A DNA stretch of 64,000 bases from positions 1,142-65,141 of the forward strand of contig DAOUJN010000017.1 of assembly GCA_034422655.1 (NCBI GenBank). The letters are read 5' to 3'. The translations under genes were made by a program, and so were the position numbers. Shown one piece after another: positions 7,932-17,550 of this stretch (positions are counted from its first letter, which is position 1; every line of letters begins with the position of its first letter). Source of the DNA: Dehalococcoidia bacterium (GTDB taxonomy: Bacteria; Chloroflexota; Dehalococcoidia; Lucifugimonadales; UBA3495). The notes under the pieces were generated by a model, which had not been told where the DNA came from, did no database searches, and was given only the letters and a program-made list of their open reading frames with translations.

Positions 7932-9671
7932 TCACCGGTTAGGTAGCGCGTCCACCTGCACCGTCACAACGTCAATTCCGTGGTATTTCCTGTGCCGGAC
8001 CGAAGATGCGAAATGGCGAAGCAGCCTGAAGGAAATCTCGCCAACGTCCGGTTCCGCCGCCTGTTCGCTCATGTAGGCAAGCCGGTCTTCAATGTTCTCC
8101 TCGGGCGACACCGCAAGAAACTCCATTTCCATCCTGCCTGGGTGAGGACGGGCGATGATGACCAGCCGGGGCGGTTTGTCTCCCTCGTAGTCATCGCGCA
8201 ACTGCAGCATGCTGGACAGAGTCTCCTCGCCGGCGGCGCGCAACCGTCCCAGCGAGGCCTCGTTCCACCCGGCCCTGCTGCCAACTTCAAGCAAGAATTT
8301 GTCCACGTCGGGCAGTGCAGATGAGTCCAAGTCCGTCTCCATGCGCCGGCTGCGGGAAAGGGTCATATCCATGATTACCGAAAGCACGACTGCGGCCAGC
8401 ACGCTGACCACAATGCCGTTCCCAAAGGCCGCGCCCCATGGACTGCCCAGGGCATCCGTCAGAATGTCCTGGGCTTGCAGGCCAATTCCTATGGAGAGGG
8501 CCAGCCCGACTATTATTGCCTTCTGCTGATTGAAGCCGTCTTGAAGGACCGTTCGGACACCCTCCACGAAAATAAGCCCCATTACCACCATCAGGATTGC
8601 GCCGGTTACCGGCCTCGGAATCGTAAGAAGGACGGCAACCACTTTGGGCAATAGGGCCAGCCCGATGAGCATGGCTCCAATGAAAAAACCGGTACGCCGG
8701 GCGGCGACCCCCGTGAAGTTTATGAGCGCGACGGATGAGGGAAGATAGATGAGCACCGGCAGGATTCCGGCGACTCCGGACAGCAGCACTCCGATTCCGC
8801 CGGCGTTCAGTGTCCCCTGGACACCACGAAAATCAATGGCTCTCGGCCTGCGCCAGGACGCCTGTTGAATCACCGCTCCCTCGCCGCCGGACTTGACGGC
8901 GATGACCGCGCTTACGATGAGGAATACCAGCAGCAGCGCCAGGAAGTCCTTATCGAAGACCGACCCCAGGCCGGGCCACGCCGAGTATTCCGGCAGGTCG
9001 AACCACGGAGCCTCCAGGGCCCGCTGAAAGTCGTACGCCCCGAGCAGGGCCGCCGCCACGCAGCCGGCCACCAGAGTTATCGGGATTGCCAATAGCCGGA
9101 TGAGACCGGAAGCGCGCAGCATCAACACCGCCGCGCCGAAGAGCGTGACTGCGCCCACAGCTGGTCCGGCTAACGGAGACAGGCCGGCGGGCACATCGTC
9201 AAGCCGGGCCACGCAAATGGGCATGGCCGCGGCCGCCACCACCATGAAAGCCACTCCGGACACGACGGGGGTGATGATGCGCCGAAGCTGGGCCAGCCAG
9301 AATGCCATGGCAAACTGCACCAGGGAAGCGGCGACTACCAGGCTTGCCATTGCCGGCAGTCCCGCCTCGTTCACGGCCAGGACGCAGACTCCCAGGAAGG
9401 GCGCTCCGGGCCCCATCAGGAGAAGGTAGCCAGACCCAATGCGACCGATTCTGCCTGCTTGCAGGGCAGTAACGGCCCCCGCAACTACCAGGGCTGCGAA
9501 GACCGCCCAGGTCAGGTAGCTCTCACTGCCATGGGACGCCACCGCGAATATGGTTACGAGAGATACGGCGTTGGACAATGCGATTGCGGCGCCCTGCAGC
9601 GCCACGTTGAGAGTTGCAACGGGAGGACAGCGCTCGTCAGGCTCGTACCGTATCTGTTCGTTGACCCGCAT
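7932..9671 (-). CDS. NCS2 (xanthine/uracil/ascorbate permease family) transporter with a C-terminal degenerate RsbW/HATPase-like domain
   Basis: N-terminal YEPDERCP, about 13 TM segments, IPRPVTGA and SIGIG motifs; about 130-aa soluble C-terminal extension. Confidence 0.8.
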   Translation of the reverse strand: MRVNEQIRYEPDERCPPVATLNVALQGAAIALSNAVSLVTIFAVASHGSESYLTWAVFAALVVAGAVTALQAGRIGRIGSGYLLLMGPGAPFLGVCVLAVNEAGLPAMASLVVAASLVQFAMAFWLAQLRRIITPVVSGVAFMVVAAAAMPICVARLDDVPAGLSPLAGPAVGAVTLFGAAVLMLRASGLIRLLAIPITLVAGCVAAALLGAYDFQRALEAPWFDLPEYSAWPGLGSVFDKDFLALLLVFLIVSAVIAVKSGGEGAVIQQASWRRPRAIDFRGVQGTLNAGGIGVLLSGVAGILPVLIYLPSSVALINFTGVAARRTGFFIGAMLIGLALLPKVVAVLLTIPRPVTGAILMVVMGLIFVEGVRTVLQDGFNQQKAIIVGLALSIGIGLQAQDILTDALGSPWGAAFGNGIVVSVLAAVVLSVIMDMTLSRSRRMETDLDSSALPDVDKFLLEVGSRAGWNEASLGRLRAAGEETLSSMLQLRDDYEGDKPPRLVIIARPHPGRMEMEFLAVSPEENIEDRLAYMSEQAAEPDVGEISFRLLRHFASSVRHRKYHGIDVVTVQVDALPNR

Positions 9672-9802
9672 ATATCCTGCTTGGAAAGGTGGCTTCCTGG
9701 GCCCTTACGTCGTTAACAACACCTGTGGCGTGCCGAAAGCAACCCCGTGCCTTTTCCAATCAGGAATTACGGATAGAGGAATTACGGGAGTTCCTTATAA
9801 TT

Positions 9803-10126
9803 TTAGCCAGGTCCACCAGTCCCGGACATGACGCTTTCCTTCCTGGCCGACCTCCAGCACAACAGCCACACCACCGCCGGGGACACCGGCAGCATCACTA
9901 TAGCCAGTGACGCCGCGTTTACCAGTACTGTCGCCAAGGTCAGCAGGAACGCAATAGCCCCCACGACAAAGCCTGTAGCCAGGCCTCTGCGTACCGACAG
10001 GTTCCGCATTCTCCACCCACAGGCAAACCCTGCAACTGTTGGCAGGATTGCCGCAAAACCGTACAGCATCAGCAGGAATGTGGCGAAAAGCCATGCCGGA
10101 TGGTGTATGCCGGGGACTTCCGTCAT
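9803..10126 (-). CDS. Small membrane protein of unknown function
   Basis: 107-aa ORF with three hydrophobic segments. Confidence 0.55.
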   Translation of the reverse strand: MTEVPGIHHPAWLFATFLLMLYGFAAILPTVAGFACGWRMRNLSVRRGLATGFVVGAIAFLLTLATVLVNAASLAIVMLPVSPAVVWLLCWRSARKESVMSGTGGPG

Positions 10127-10219
10127 TCAACACCTGCGCCTCGCCGCACAAATCGCTAAATCTGCCCAACAATACCTGCCATCTCGACGCTGCGTTGGCG
10201 TTATGGCCGGGTCCGTGCG

Positions 10220-10726
10220 CTACAGGCCGCTGTCCTTGAAGGCCTTGGCCCGCTCCACCAGGGAATGGGCTGTTCGCTTCATCATTTCTATCTGGTCGTT
10301 GTTCACTTCCTGCTTGACGGTTCCGGGAACGCCGGTGAAGAAGGAACGGTCGGGAACATGCGTGCCCGACCGCACCACGGAATTGGCGGCTATAAGGCAT
10401 TCCTTCCCGATGGAGGAGCGGTTCAGGAAGGTGCAGTTGTTGCCCAGCAGGGAACCCGTTCCGATGCGGGTGCCGTGTACCACGACGGCGTGTCCGATGG
10501 TAACGTAGTCCTCGATTACCATGCCATTGCCGTGGATTACCGCCCCCTCCTGTACGTTGACATAATTGCCGATTACGACCTTTTCCTCGCCATCGGCCCG
10601 GATGGTAACGCCCGGCCAGATGCTGGCGTATTCTCCGATCTCTACGTCGCCCACCACGTAGGCGAACTCGCTGACCCATGCCGTATCCGCGACCCTGGGC
10701 GTCTTGTCTCCGAGGCTCCTGATCAA
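10220..10726 (-). CDS. Gamma carbonic anhydrase family protein (YrdA/PaaY-like)
   Basis: Hexapeptide repeats; GDVEIGEYASIWPGVTIRAD; three Zn-ligand His (IHG, IGHA, VHG). Confidence 0.92.
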   Translation of the reverse strand: MIRSLGDKTPRVADTAWVSEFAYVVGDVEIGEYASIWPGVTIRADGEEKVVIGNYVNVQEGAVIHGNGMVIEDYVTIGHAVVVHGTRIGTGSLLGNNCTFLNRSSIGKECLIAANSVVRSGTHVPDRSFFTGVPGTVKQEVNNDQIEMMKRTAHSLVERAKAFKDSGL

Positions 10727-10762
10727 TTCAATCCTCCTGGTGTGTCCTGCTCTGGAAATAAA

Positions 10763-11254
10763 TTACCTGGCGGCGCGCATGGCCTGGCGGGCGTCCATGT
10801 CCATCTCCCGGTCCCGGATGGCCCGTCGCTTGTCGTACTGGCGCTTGCCCCTGGCAAGACCCAGTTCCACCTTAGCAACGTGGTTCTTGATGTACAGGCG
10901 CAGCCCCACGATGGTCAGGCCCTTCTGGGACACCGCATCGGTGAGGTCGGCTATCTGCTCCTTGTGAAGCAGCAGCTTGCGAGGCCGGCGGGGTTCGTGG
11001 TTGTAGATGCTGGCCGGGTCGTACTGGGCGATGTGGGAGTTGACCAGCCACAACTCACCGTTCTGGGGCCGGGCGTAGGCCTCCCGCAGGTCCACCCGGC
11101 CGGCTCGGACCGACTTTATCTCCGTCCCGGTCAGGGACAGGCCGGCTTCGTACCGGTCCAGCACTTCGTAATTGAAAAATGCCTGGCGGTTGACCGAAAT
11201 GGTCCGGTTGTTGGGCTGCTCTTTGACTGCCGTCTTCTTCTTTCGACTGGGCAT
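10763..11254 (-). CDS. smpB: SsrA-binding protein
   Basis: NRQAFFNY, AGLSLTGTEIKSVR, RKLLLHK, GKRQYDKR. Confidence 0.97.
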   Translation of the reverse strand: MPSRKKKTAVKEQPNNRTISVNRQAFFNYEVLDRYEAGLSLTGTEIKSVRAGRVDLREAYARPQNGELWLVNSHIAQYDPASIYNHEPRRPRKLLLHKEQIADLTDAVSQKGLTIVGLRLYIKNHVAKVELGLARGKRQYDKRRAIRDREMDMDARQAMRAAR

Positions 11255-11283
11255 CTTTCCGCTTTTTCCTGAGTCAGATTCAG

Positions 11284-12495
11284 CTAAAACTGGGGCCGGG
11301 CCGGGCCCGCGGCCTGCCCCCCAAGCAACTCGATGGCCCGCTGCAATTGGTCGTCCTCACCCGATTCGGCATCGGTCTCCACCAGGACCGTAGGGGTAAT
11401 GCCCTCACCCTCAATCAGGGTCCCGTTGGGCGTGTACCACCGGGCGATGGTGTAGTAGATGCCGGACCCGTCCGACAGACGGTGGCGGGTGTTGACGCTG
11501 CCCTTGCCGAAGGTGGGTTCTCCCACCACCGGAGCGCGGTCATGGTCGATGATGGCGCCGGCGAAGACCTCGCTGGCGCTGGCGCTGTACTGGTTGACCA
11601 GCACCACCATGGGAATGTCCCGGGCATCGCCGCCCGACGAGACCTTCCATTCCCGGCGGTTCCCCAGGCCGTCCAGTTCGTAGGTGACCAGGCCATCGTC
11701 GAGGAACCTGCCCGTAACGTCCACCACGACTCCCAGCAGTCCGCCGGGGTTGTAGCGCAGGTCAACTATGAGGCCCCGGCCGTCGTTGTCCCTGAATTCC
11801 TGCAAAGCCTCGGCAACGTGGTCGTTGGTGGTGGAGGCAAAGCTGGAAATATGCAGGTGTCCAATACCGTCCTCCAGCATGGTGAAACGCACGGTCTCCA
11901 GCGGGATTTCCCCCCGGATGATGGGAATCAGGACCGGCGCGTTCTCGTCGGCATGGAGGACCAGTAGCTGCACCGTCGTGCCCTTTCGGCCCCGGATGAG
12001 CGAGACGGCTTCCTGGAGGCTGAGGTTTTCGGTGGGCTCTCCGTCCACTTCCAGGATCACGTCGCCGGCCCGAATGCCGGCCCGCTGGGCGGGCGTGTCC
12101 GGCAGGGGAGCGATGACGGTGAGCCGTTCCTCCCTGATGCCCACCTGGGCCCCGATTCCCTCAAAGACGCCCTGGATTTTGGACTCTTCCTCGCTGAACC
12201 GCTTGGGGTCCAGATAGGATGCATAGGGATCGTCCAGGGCATCCAGCATTCCCCGTATGGCGCCGCCGCTCAATTCGGCGGGGTCCATGGTGCTGCGGTC
12301 AATGTGTTCCCGCTGCAGCAGTTCCCAGGCTTCGCCGAGCCGGCCAAATTCGGGCGGCAGTTCGGTGGCTGACGATGCGGTAACTCGTACCGGCGGCTCG
12401 AAGGCGCCCTGCAGGCCGTAGTTAACCGCCAGTGCCAGGGCCGCGCCCGCCGCCATAACCACCAGGTACGTTCCAAAGAGTCGCAGCTTGTTCAA
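11284..12495 (-). CDS. ctpA: S41 family C-terminal processing peptidase (CtpA-like); start uncertain (TTG 12495 chosen)
   Basis: N-terminal TM anchor, PDZ (GIGAQV), DLRYNPGG, SASASE catalytic Ser, TFGKG. Confidence 0.9.
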   Translation of the reverse strand: MNKLRLFGTYLVVMAAGAALALAVNYGLQGAFEPPVRVTASSATELPPEFGRLGEAWELLQREHIDRSTMDPAELSGGAIRGMLDALDDPYASYLDPKRFSEEESKIQGVFEGIGAQVGIREERLTVIAPLPDTPAQRAGIRAGDVILEVDGEPTENLSLQEAVSLIRGRKGTTVQLLVLHADENAPVLIPIIRGEIPLETVRFTMLEDGIGHLHISSFASTTNDHVAEALQEFRDNDGRGLIVDLRYNPGGLLGVVVDVTGRFLDDGLVTYELDGLGNRREWKVSSGGDARDIPMVVLVNQYSASASEVFAGAIIDHDRAPVVGEPTFGKGSVNTRHRLSDGSGIYYTIARWYTPNGTLIEGEGITPTVLVETDAESGEDDQLQRAIELLGGQAAGPARPQF

Positions 12496-12619
12496 CGTTA
12501 AATCGTTCCCGGGACCGGCCCGGTCCAACTTTACCCGTTCAAATCCGGGCAGGTATTGAATTGTAACATAGCGGCATCCCGACTCTATGAAGTTCGCCCT
12601 GGTTCTGCAACCGGCCAAA

Positions 12620-12649
12620 TTGACATGCCGGAAATGGCGCTGATAGCAT
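12620..12649 (+). promoter_or_regulatory. SigA-type promoter of the HMGS-like/thiolase operon
   Basis: TTGACA-18 nt-TAGCAT, 31 nt before the GTG start. Confidence 0.6.
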
Positions 12650-12680
12650 ACCCGCATTCCAAGTGCAGGAAGGTTAATCT

Positions 12681-14111
12681 GTGCCAGGAATCATAGCGCA
12701 CGGCGCCTACGTGCCCAGGTTCCGGCTGGGGGCGGAAACCGTCGGCTGGCCCGGGTCCCAGGAAAGGGCCGTCGCCAACTTCGACGAGGACAGCGTCACC
12801 ATGGCCGTCGCCGCCGGGCTGGACTGCCTGCGCGGCAGGGACCGGCAGGCCATAGACGCCCTGTTCTTCGCCAGTTCGACCCTTCCCTACGCCGAAAAAC
12901 AGGGTGCGGCCATCATCGCTGCAGCCCTGGACTTGAGGCGGGATATTTTCGCGGCGGACGTTACCGACGTATTGCGGGCGGGCACCACGGCGCTGCGGTC
13001 GGCCCTGGACGCCGTAGCCGCCGGTTCGGCGCGGCAGGCCCTGGTGGTGGTCGCCGACGCGCGGCAGAGCGCGCCCCGCAGCGAGACGGAAAGGAACTCG
13101 GGCGACGGGGCGGCGGCTTTCCTGGTGGGCCCGGCTGATGTGGTGGCGGAGTTTGCCGGGTTCCATACCATCACCGAAAATATGCTGGACAACTGGCGTT
13201 CGGCGGGAGACTCCTTTGTCCGTTCCTGGGAAGACCGTTTCGCCATCGAGGAAGGGCTGGAAAGGATTGTTCCCGATGCGCTGGAAGGCTTCCTGGACAA
13301 GTACCAACTTGAAAGGGATGACATAGCCCGGGCAGCGCTTTACGCCCCGGACGCCCGGCGCCACGCTCGCCTGGCGCGCCGCCTGGGCCTGCGACCGGAC
13401 CAGACCCAGGACCCCCTGTTCGGCAGGCTGGGAAACACGGGCAGCGCGTTTCCGCTAATGCTCCTGTCGGCGGCCCTGGAAGAAGCGGGTTCCGGGGAAT
13501 TGCTGCTGACAGTGTCCTACGGCGACGGCAGTGACGTGCTGGCTTTCCGAACGACAGACCTGCTGCAACAGCATGGGCGCCACGGAGGCGGACTGGCCGT
13601 GTACCTGGAATCTGGCGCCGTGCTCAAGAGCTACGAAGAGTTCGCGCGGTGGCGGGAGGTCTGGCTGACCGATGACGCCGCCCGCCGTCCCGCGCCGTCG
13701 TCGCCGTCGGTGTCGGCCATGTGGCGGGAAAGCAACAAGAACCTGAGGCTCTATGCCGGCCGCTGCAACGTCTGCGGCTACGTCCAGTATCCACCCCAGC
13801 GAGTATGCGTGAACTGCCAGGCTGCGGACGATTACTCTTATGAGAGGTTGAGCGACCGGGCCGGGGAACTATTCACCTACTCCATGGACTACATCGCCGG
13901 GGCAGTGGATACGCCGCTGGTGGTGAGCGTGGTGGACTTTGACGGCGGCGGGCGCATGATCTGTATGATGACCGACCGTGAGTTGGCAGAGGTAAGGGTC
14001 GGCATGCCGGTGGAGATGAGCTTCCGCAAGCTGAGAGTGGTAAACGGCATCCACAACTATTACTGGAAGGCCGCGCCCCTGCGCCTGGCAGTGGAAGCGC
14101 CGGTGGCCTGA
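12681..14111 (+). CDS. HMG-CoA-synthase-fold protein fused to a C-terminal DUF35 Zn-ribbon/OB-fold; catalytic residues apparently absent
   Basis: ERAVANFDEDSVTMAV and GDGAAAFLVG (HMGS/KAS-III fold); CNVC...CVNC zinc ribbon and OB-fold (VRVGMPVEMSFRK). Confidence 0.88.
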   Translation: MPGIIAHGAYVPRFRLGAETVGWPGSQERAVANFDEDSVTMAVAAGLDCLRGRDRQAIDALFFASSTLPYAEKQGAAIIAAALDLRRDIFAADVTDVLRAGTTALRSALDAVAAGSARQALVVVADARQSAPRSETERNSGDGAAAFLVGPADVVAEFAGFHTITENMLDNWRSAGDSFVRSWEDRFAIEEGLERIVPDALEGFLDKYQLERDDIARAALYAPDARRHARLARRLGLRPDQTQDPLFGRLGNTGSAFPLMLLSAALEEAGSGELLLTVSYGDGSDVLAFRTTDLLQQHGRHGGGLAVYLESGAVLKSYEEFARWREVWLTDDAARRPAPSSPSVSAMWRESNKNLRLYAGRCNVCGYVQYPPQRVCVNCQAADDYSYERLSDRAGELFTYSMDYIAGAVDTPLVVSVVDFDGGGRMICMMTDRELAEVRVGMPVEMSFRKLRVVNGIHNYYWKAAPLRLAVEAPVA

Positions 14112-14125
14112 TACGGAGGCGGGAA

Positions 14126-15298
14126 ATGAACGGTATCAAGGACCGGGTGGCGATAATCGGAATGGGCTGCACCAAGTTCGGGGAACGCTGGGATGCCAGC
14201 GCAGCCGACTTGATGGTGGAAGCCGCCTACGAAGCCTATGCCGACGCCGGCATAGAAGCCAAGGACGTGCAGGCGGCCTGGCTGGGCACGGTCAGCAGTT
14301 TCCGCACCGGGCAGCCGCTGGCCGAGGCCCTGAAGCTGGACTACATTCCCATAACCCGGGTGGAGAACGCTTGCGCCACCGCCACCGATGCCTTCCGCAA
14401 CGCAGCCTATGCGGTGGCCGCCGGCATCTACGACATCGTCCTGGCCGTGGGCGTGGAAAAGCTGAAGGACTCGGGGTTTTCGGGCCTGGCCGTGCCGGAA
14501 GCGCCGGGCTCGGATGTTGCGCCGCCCACGCCGCCGCCGTCCCAGTTTGCCATGGCGGCCACCCGCTACTTCCACCAGTACGGTATTCCCTACGAGGAAG
14601 GCAAGCGCACGCTGGCGGAGATCGCCGCCAAGAACCATCACAACGGCACCCTCAATCCCCGGGCCCACTTCCAGCAGGAAATCAGCACGGACCAGGTGGT
14701 GAACGCGCCGATGATCGCCTGGCCGCTGGGACTGTTTGACTGCTGCGGCGTAAGCGACGGAGCGGCGGCGGCCATAATCACGACGCCGGAAATTGCGCGC
14801 ACCTTCCGCCAGGACTACGTGCTGGTGAAGGCGCTGGCCCTGTCCGTAGGCGCCTTCGGAGCCATCCGCAGCGACTGGGACTTTACCCACTTTCCCGAGA
14901 GCGTCCGGGCCAGCCAGGCCGCCTACCAGGAGGCCGGCATCGCCAACCCCCGGGAAGAACTGGACATGGCCATGGTACACGACTGCTTCACCATCACCGA
15001 GCTGATAATCTACGAGGACCTGGGCTTCAGCCAGCGAGGCCGGGGAAGCGAAGATGTCGCCAACGGGTCATTTGCCCTGGAGGGCGAGCTGCCGGTGAAT
15101 ACCGACGGCGGCCTGAAGTGCTTCGGCCACCCCATAGGCGCCAGCGGCATACGCATGATTTACGAGGTATACAAGCAACTGCAGGGCAAGGCCGAGGGAC
15201 GCCAACTCCGCAAGGCCGACCTCGGCCTGACCCATAACCTGGGCGGCCGGCCCGGGTCTTTCACCTGCTCGGTGGCCGTGTTTGGCGGCGCGCAGTAG
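14126..15298 (+). CDS. Thiolase family protein (SCP-x/PhlC-like acetyl-CoA acyltransferase)
   Basis: RVENACATA catalytic Cys, HDCFT, GHPIGASG. Confidence 0.92.
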   Translation: MNGIKDRVAIIGMGCTKFGERWDASAADLMVEAAYEAYADAGIEAKDVQAAWLGTVSSFRTGQPLAEALKLDYIPITRVENACATATDAFRNAAYAVAAGIYDIVLAVGVEKLKDSGFSGLAVPEAPGSDVAPPTPPPSQFAMAATRYFHQYGIPYEEGKRTLAEIAAKNHHNGTLNPRAHFQQEISTDQVVNAPMIAWPLGLFDCCGVSDGAAAAIITTPEIARTFRQDYVLVKALALSVGAFGAIRSDWDFTHFPESVRASQAAYQEAGIANPREELDMAMVHDCFTITELIIYEDLGFSQRGRGSEDVANGSFALEGELPVNTDGGLKCFGHPIGASGIRMIYEVYKQLQGKAEGRQLRKADLGLTHNLGGRPGSFTCSVAVFGGAQ

Positions 15299-15626
15299 GA
15301 GCCTGTTCCAGCGGTTAAGTCTCGGGTCACTCAAAGTCGCCAAAATTGGCTTCGAGAAAGCCTTGAACCGGAGCAATGTGGCCTGATATAAATGTCGGGC
15401 CAAGTGGGAAGATGTGTGTGAGGCGGTGTTCTCCTTGTTCTACGGGTACAATCCTGGCTACTTGATCACCTTTCTTTTTATCTGGTTTATTCCCCTGGAA
15501 GAGCAGTGCCAGAAAGCGGTCGAAGCGTACACGTCCGCCCTGGGGTTTCCCACGGGGGCCGCTCTCGACAACGTGGCTTTTGCCCAGGGAATCGACTGGC
15601 CCTAAAACCCTGACGGTGCATGCCCT

Positions 15627-16742
15627 ATGCCGGAAACCGAAACAATCCAGGTTCTGGGCCGGGGTACCAACGTCGATTTTTCCATTGACGATTCGGTGCC
15701 CTTTCACGTTGCGGAGAGAAGTCTCCGGGACTACCTGTCGTCCTGCCGCGGCCTGTATTCCCGCGGAACGGTTACGGTAAACGTGGGAAGCCGAATCCTC
15801 GCGCCCGACCAGATGGCCACCATCAAGGGAATCCTGGGGCAGGAAACGGGCCTGACCGTAACGCGTTACTGGTGCCCGCCGGAAGTGTTGTCCAAGGCCC
15901 TGGCCGGCCCGGAGTGCAGAAGAGCGCTGCCGTCCCCCAGTGTTAAAACTGATTACGGGCAGGCTGCCGGGCACGGGGAACTGTCCACTGGCCCGGAGGA
16001 TGACCGGCAGCACGGGAATATTGAAGAGGTTGCCGCCGAGCCGACCAGTTCCACCGATTCAGTGGTAGCGGAAAGTCCCGTTGAAAAGCAACTTGCCATG
16101 GCGTTTCCCGACCTGGACGGGGGGCTTCCCGTCAATAAGGTAGAAATGCCGGCAACCAAGGAGACCCCTGTTCAGGAAGAAATGACCGTCACGGTGGAAA
16201 CCACGGGGGAAGCGGCAGACGGTACGGAACAGGAACCTGTGCCGGGCGAAGGCCAGGGGAACGAACCGGAGGCTGCTGTAGTGCCGGCCGATGCCGTAGA
16301 AGACGAAGAAGCCGGGGCTGAAGCGGTCCATGAAGTCTTTCAAAGCCTGCCGGGCCGGGGCAGCGAGGCGCTGATTATCAAGAATACCTGCCGTTCGGGC
16401 GAAGTGGTGCGCTACCCCGGGGACGTGGTGGTCTTCGGCGACGTAAACCCGGGGGCGGAAATAGTCGCCGCCGGCGACATCATGGTCCTGGGCGCCCTCA
16501 GGGGCATGGCCCACGCCGGCGCCGACGGCAACTTGAAGGCAACAATTTTTGCCTTGAACCTGGAATCCCACCGCCTGCAAATTGGCCCCCACGTGGGGGA
16601 ACGGCCCCGGGGGGCGCGGAAGGGAAAGGGCGGTCGGCCCGCCAATCCCCAGATTGCCTACCTGCGGCGGCGTTCCATCTTCGTGGCGCCCTTTGAGCGG
16701 CGGTCTGAAGAGTACCATGGAGGAGTTCCTTATGAAGGGTAA
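15627..16742 (+). CDS. minC: Septum site-determining protein MinC with long acidic linker
   Basis: C-terminal RSGEVVRYPGDVVVFGDVNPGAEIVAAGDIMVLGALRGMAHAG; directly upstream of minD. Confidence 0.9.
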   Translation: MPETETIQVLGRGTNVDFSIDDSVPFHVAERSLRDYLSSCRGLYSRGTVTVNVGSRILAPDQMATIKGILGQETGLTVTRYWCPPEVLSKALAGPECRRALPSPSVKTDYGQAAGHGELSTGPEDDRQHGNIEEVAAEPTSSTDSVVAESPVEKQLAMAFPDLDGGLPVNKVEMPATKETPVQEEMTVTVETTGEAADGTEQEPVPGEGQGNEPEAAVVPADAVEDEEAGAEAVHEVFQSLPGRGSEALIIKNTCRSGEVVRYPGDVVVFGDVNPGAEIVAAGDIMVLGALRGMAHAGADGNLKATIFALNLESHRLQIGPHVGERPRGARKGKGGRPANPQIAYLRRRSIFVAPFERRSEEYHGGVPYEG

Positions 16743-17550
16743 GACCATCGTCGTCACTTCGGGAAAGGGTGGCGTCGGTAAAACCACCACTACCGCCAAC
16801 ATCGGGGCCGGCCTGGCCCTGCGCGGCCATAAGGTAGTGGTAATCGATACCGACATCGGCCTGCGTAACCTGGACGTGGTGATGGGCCTGGAGAACCGCA
16901 TCGTCTATGACCTGGTGGACGCCATTGAGGGCCGGTGCAAGGTAACCCAGGCCATGATCCATGACCGGCACCTGCCGGAGCTTTACCTGATTCCGGCAGC
17001 GCAGACCCGGGACAAGAACTGCATTAACCCCGACCAGTTGACGGACCTCTGCCGCCGGCTGGAGCAGGAGTTTGATTACATAATCATTGACAGTCCGGCG
17101 GGTATTGAACAGGGCTTCCGCAATGCCATCGGCCCGGCCCACGAGGCCATCGTAGTTACCACGCCGGAGGTGTCGGCGATACGGGACGCGGACCGGGTAA
17201 TCGGGCTGCTGGAAGCGGCGGAACTCCACAATCCCCGGCTGATTATCAACCGCATCCGGCCCGGAATGGTGAAGCGGGGGGACATGCTGGACAAGGATGA
17301 CATCGTGGAACTGCTGGCCGTGCAAATCCTGGGCCTGGTGCCGGCGGACGACCGGCTGATTACGGCCACCAACCAGGGGGTTCCCGTCATCCACGACAAG
17401 AAGGCTCCCTCCGGCCTGGCATTCTCCCGCATTGTGGCGCGCATCGACGGCGACGATGTTCCGCTGCAGGACCTGGAAACCAAATCCGGGTTGATGGACC
17501 GGGTCAGGTACCTGATGGGTATCAACCGAAGCGAGTACACCCATGCTTAG
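16732..17550 (+). CDS. minD: Septum site-determining ATPase MinD
   Basis: TSGKGGVGKTT deviant Walker A, IDTDIGLRNLD, DSPAGIEQGF; ATG 16732 after GGAGG. Confidence 0.96.
   Translation: MKGKTIVVTSGKGGVGKTTTTANIGAGLALRGHKVVVIDTDIGLRNLDVVMGLENRIVYDLVDAIEGRCKVTQAMIHDRHLPELYLIPAAQTRDKNCINPDQLTDLCRRLEQEFDYIIIDSPAGIEQGFRNAIGPAHEAIVVTTPEVSAIRDADRVIGLLEAAELHNPRLIINRIRPGMVKRGDMLDKDDIVELLAVQILGLVPADDRLITATNQGVPVIHDKKAPSGLAFSRIVARIDGDDVPLQDLETKSGLMDRVRYLMGINRSEYTHA

Noticed and set aside
10763-11254. tmRNA gene near smpB
   Set aside because: No ssrA-like tRNA domain or tag ORF seen in the adjacent intergenic DNA.
15300-15605. In-frame TGA at 15384 giving a U-Y-K-C (UxxC-like) motif upstream of the 63-aa ORF 15414-15605
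   Set aside because: No start codon or RBS in frame upstream, no convincing hairpin after the TGA, and no recognisable redox fold. At best a degraded TPR-like remnant (KAVEAYTSAL).
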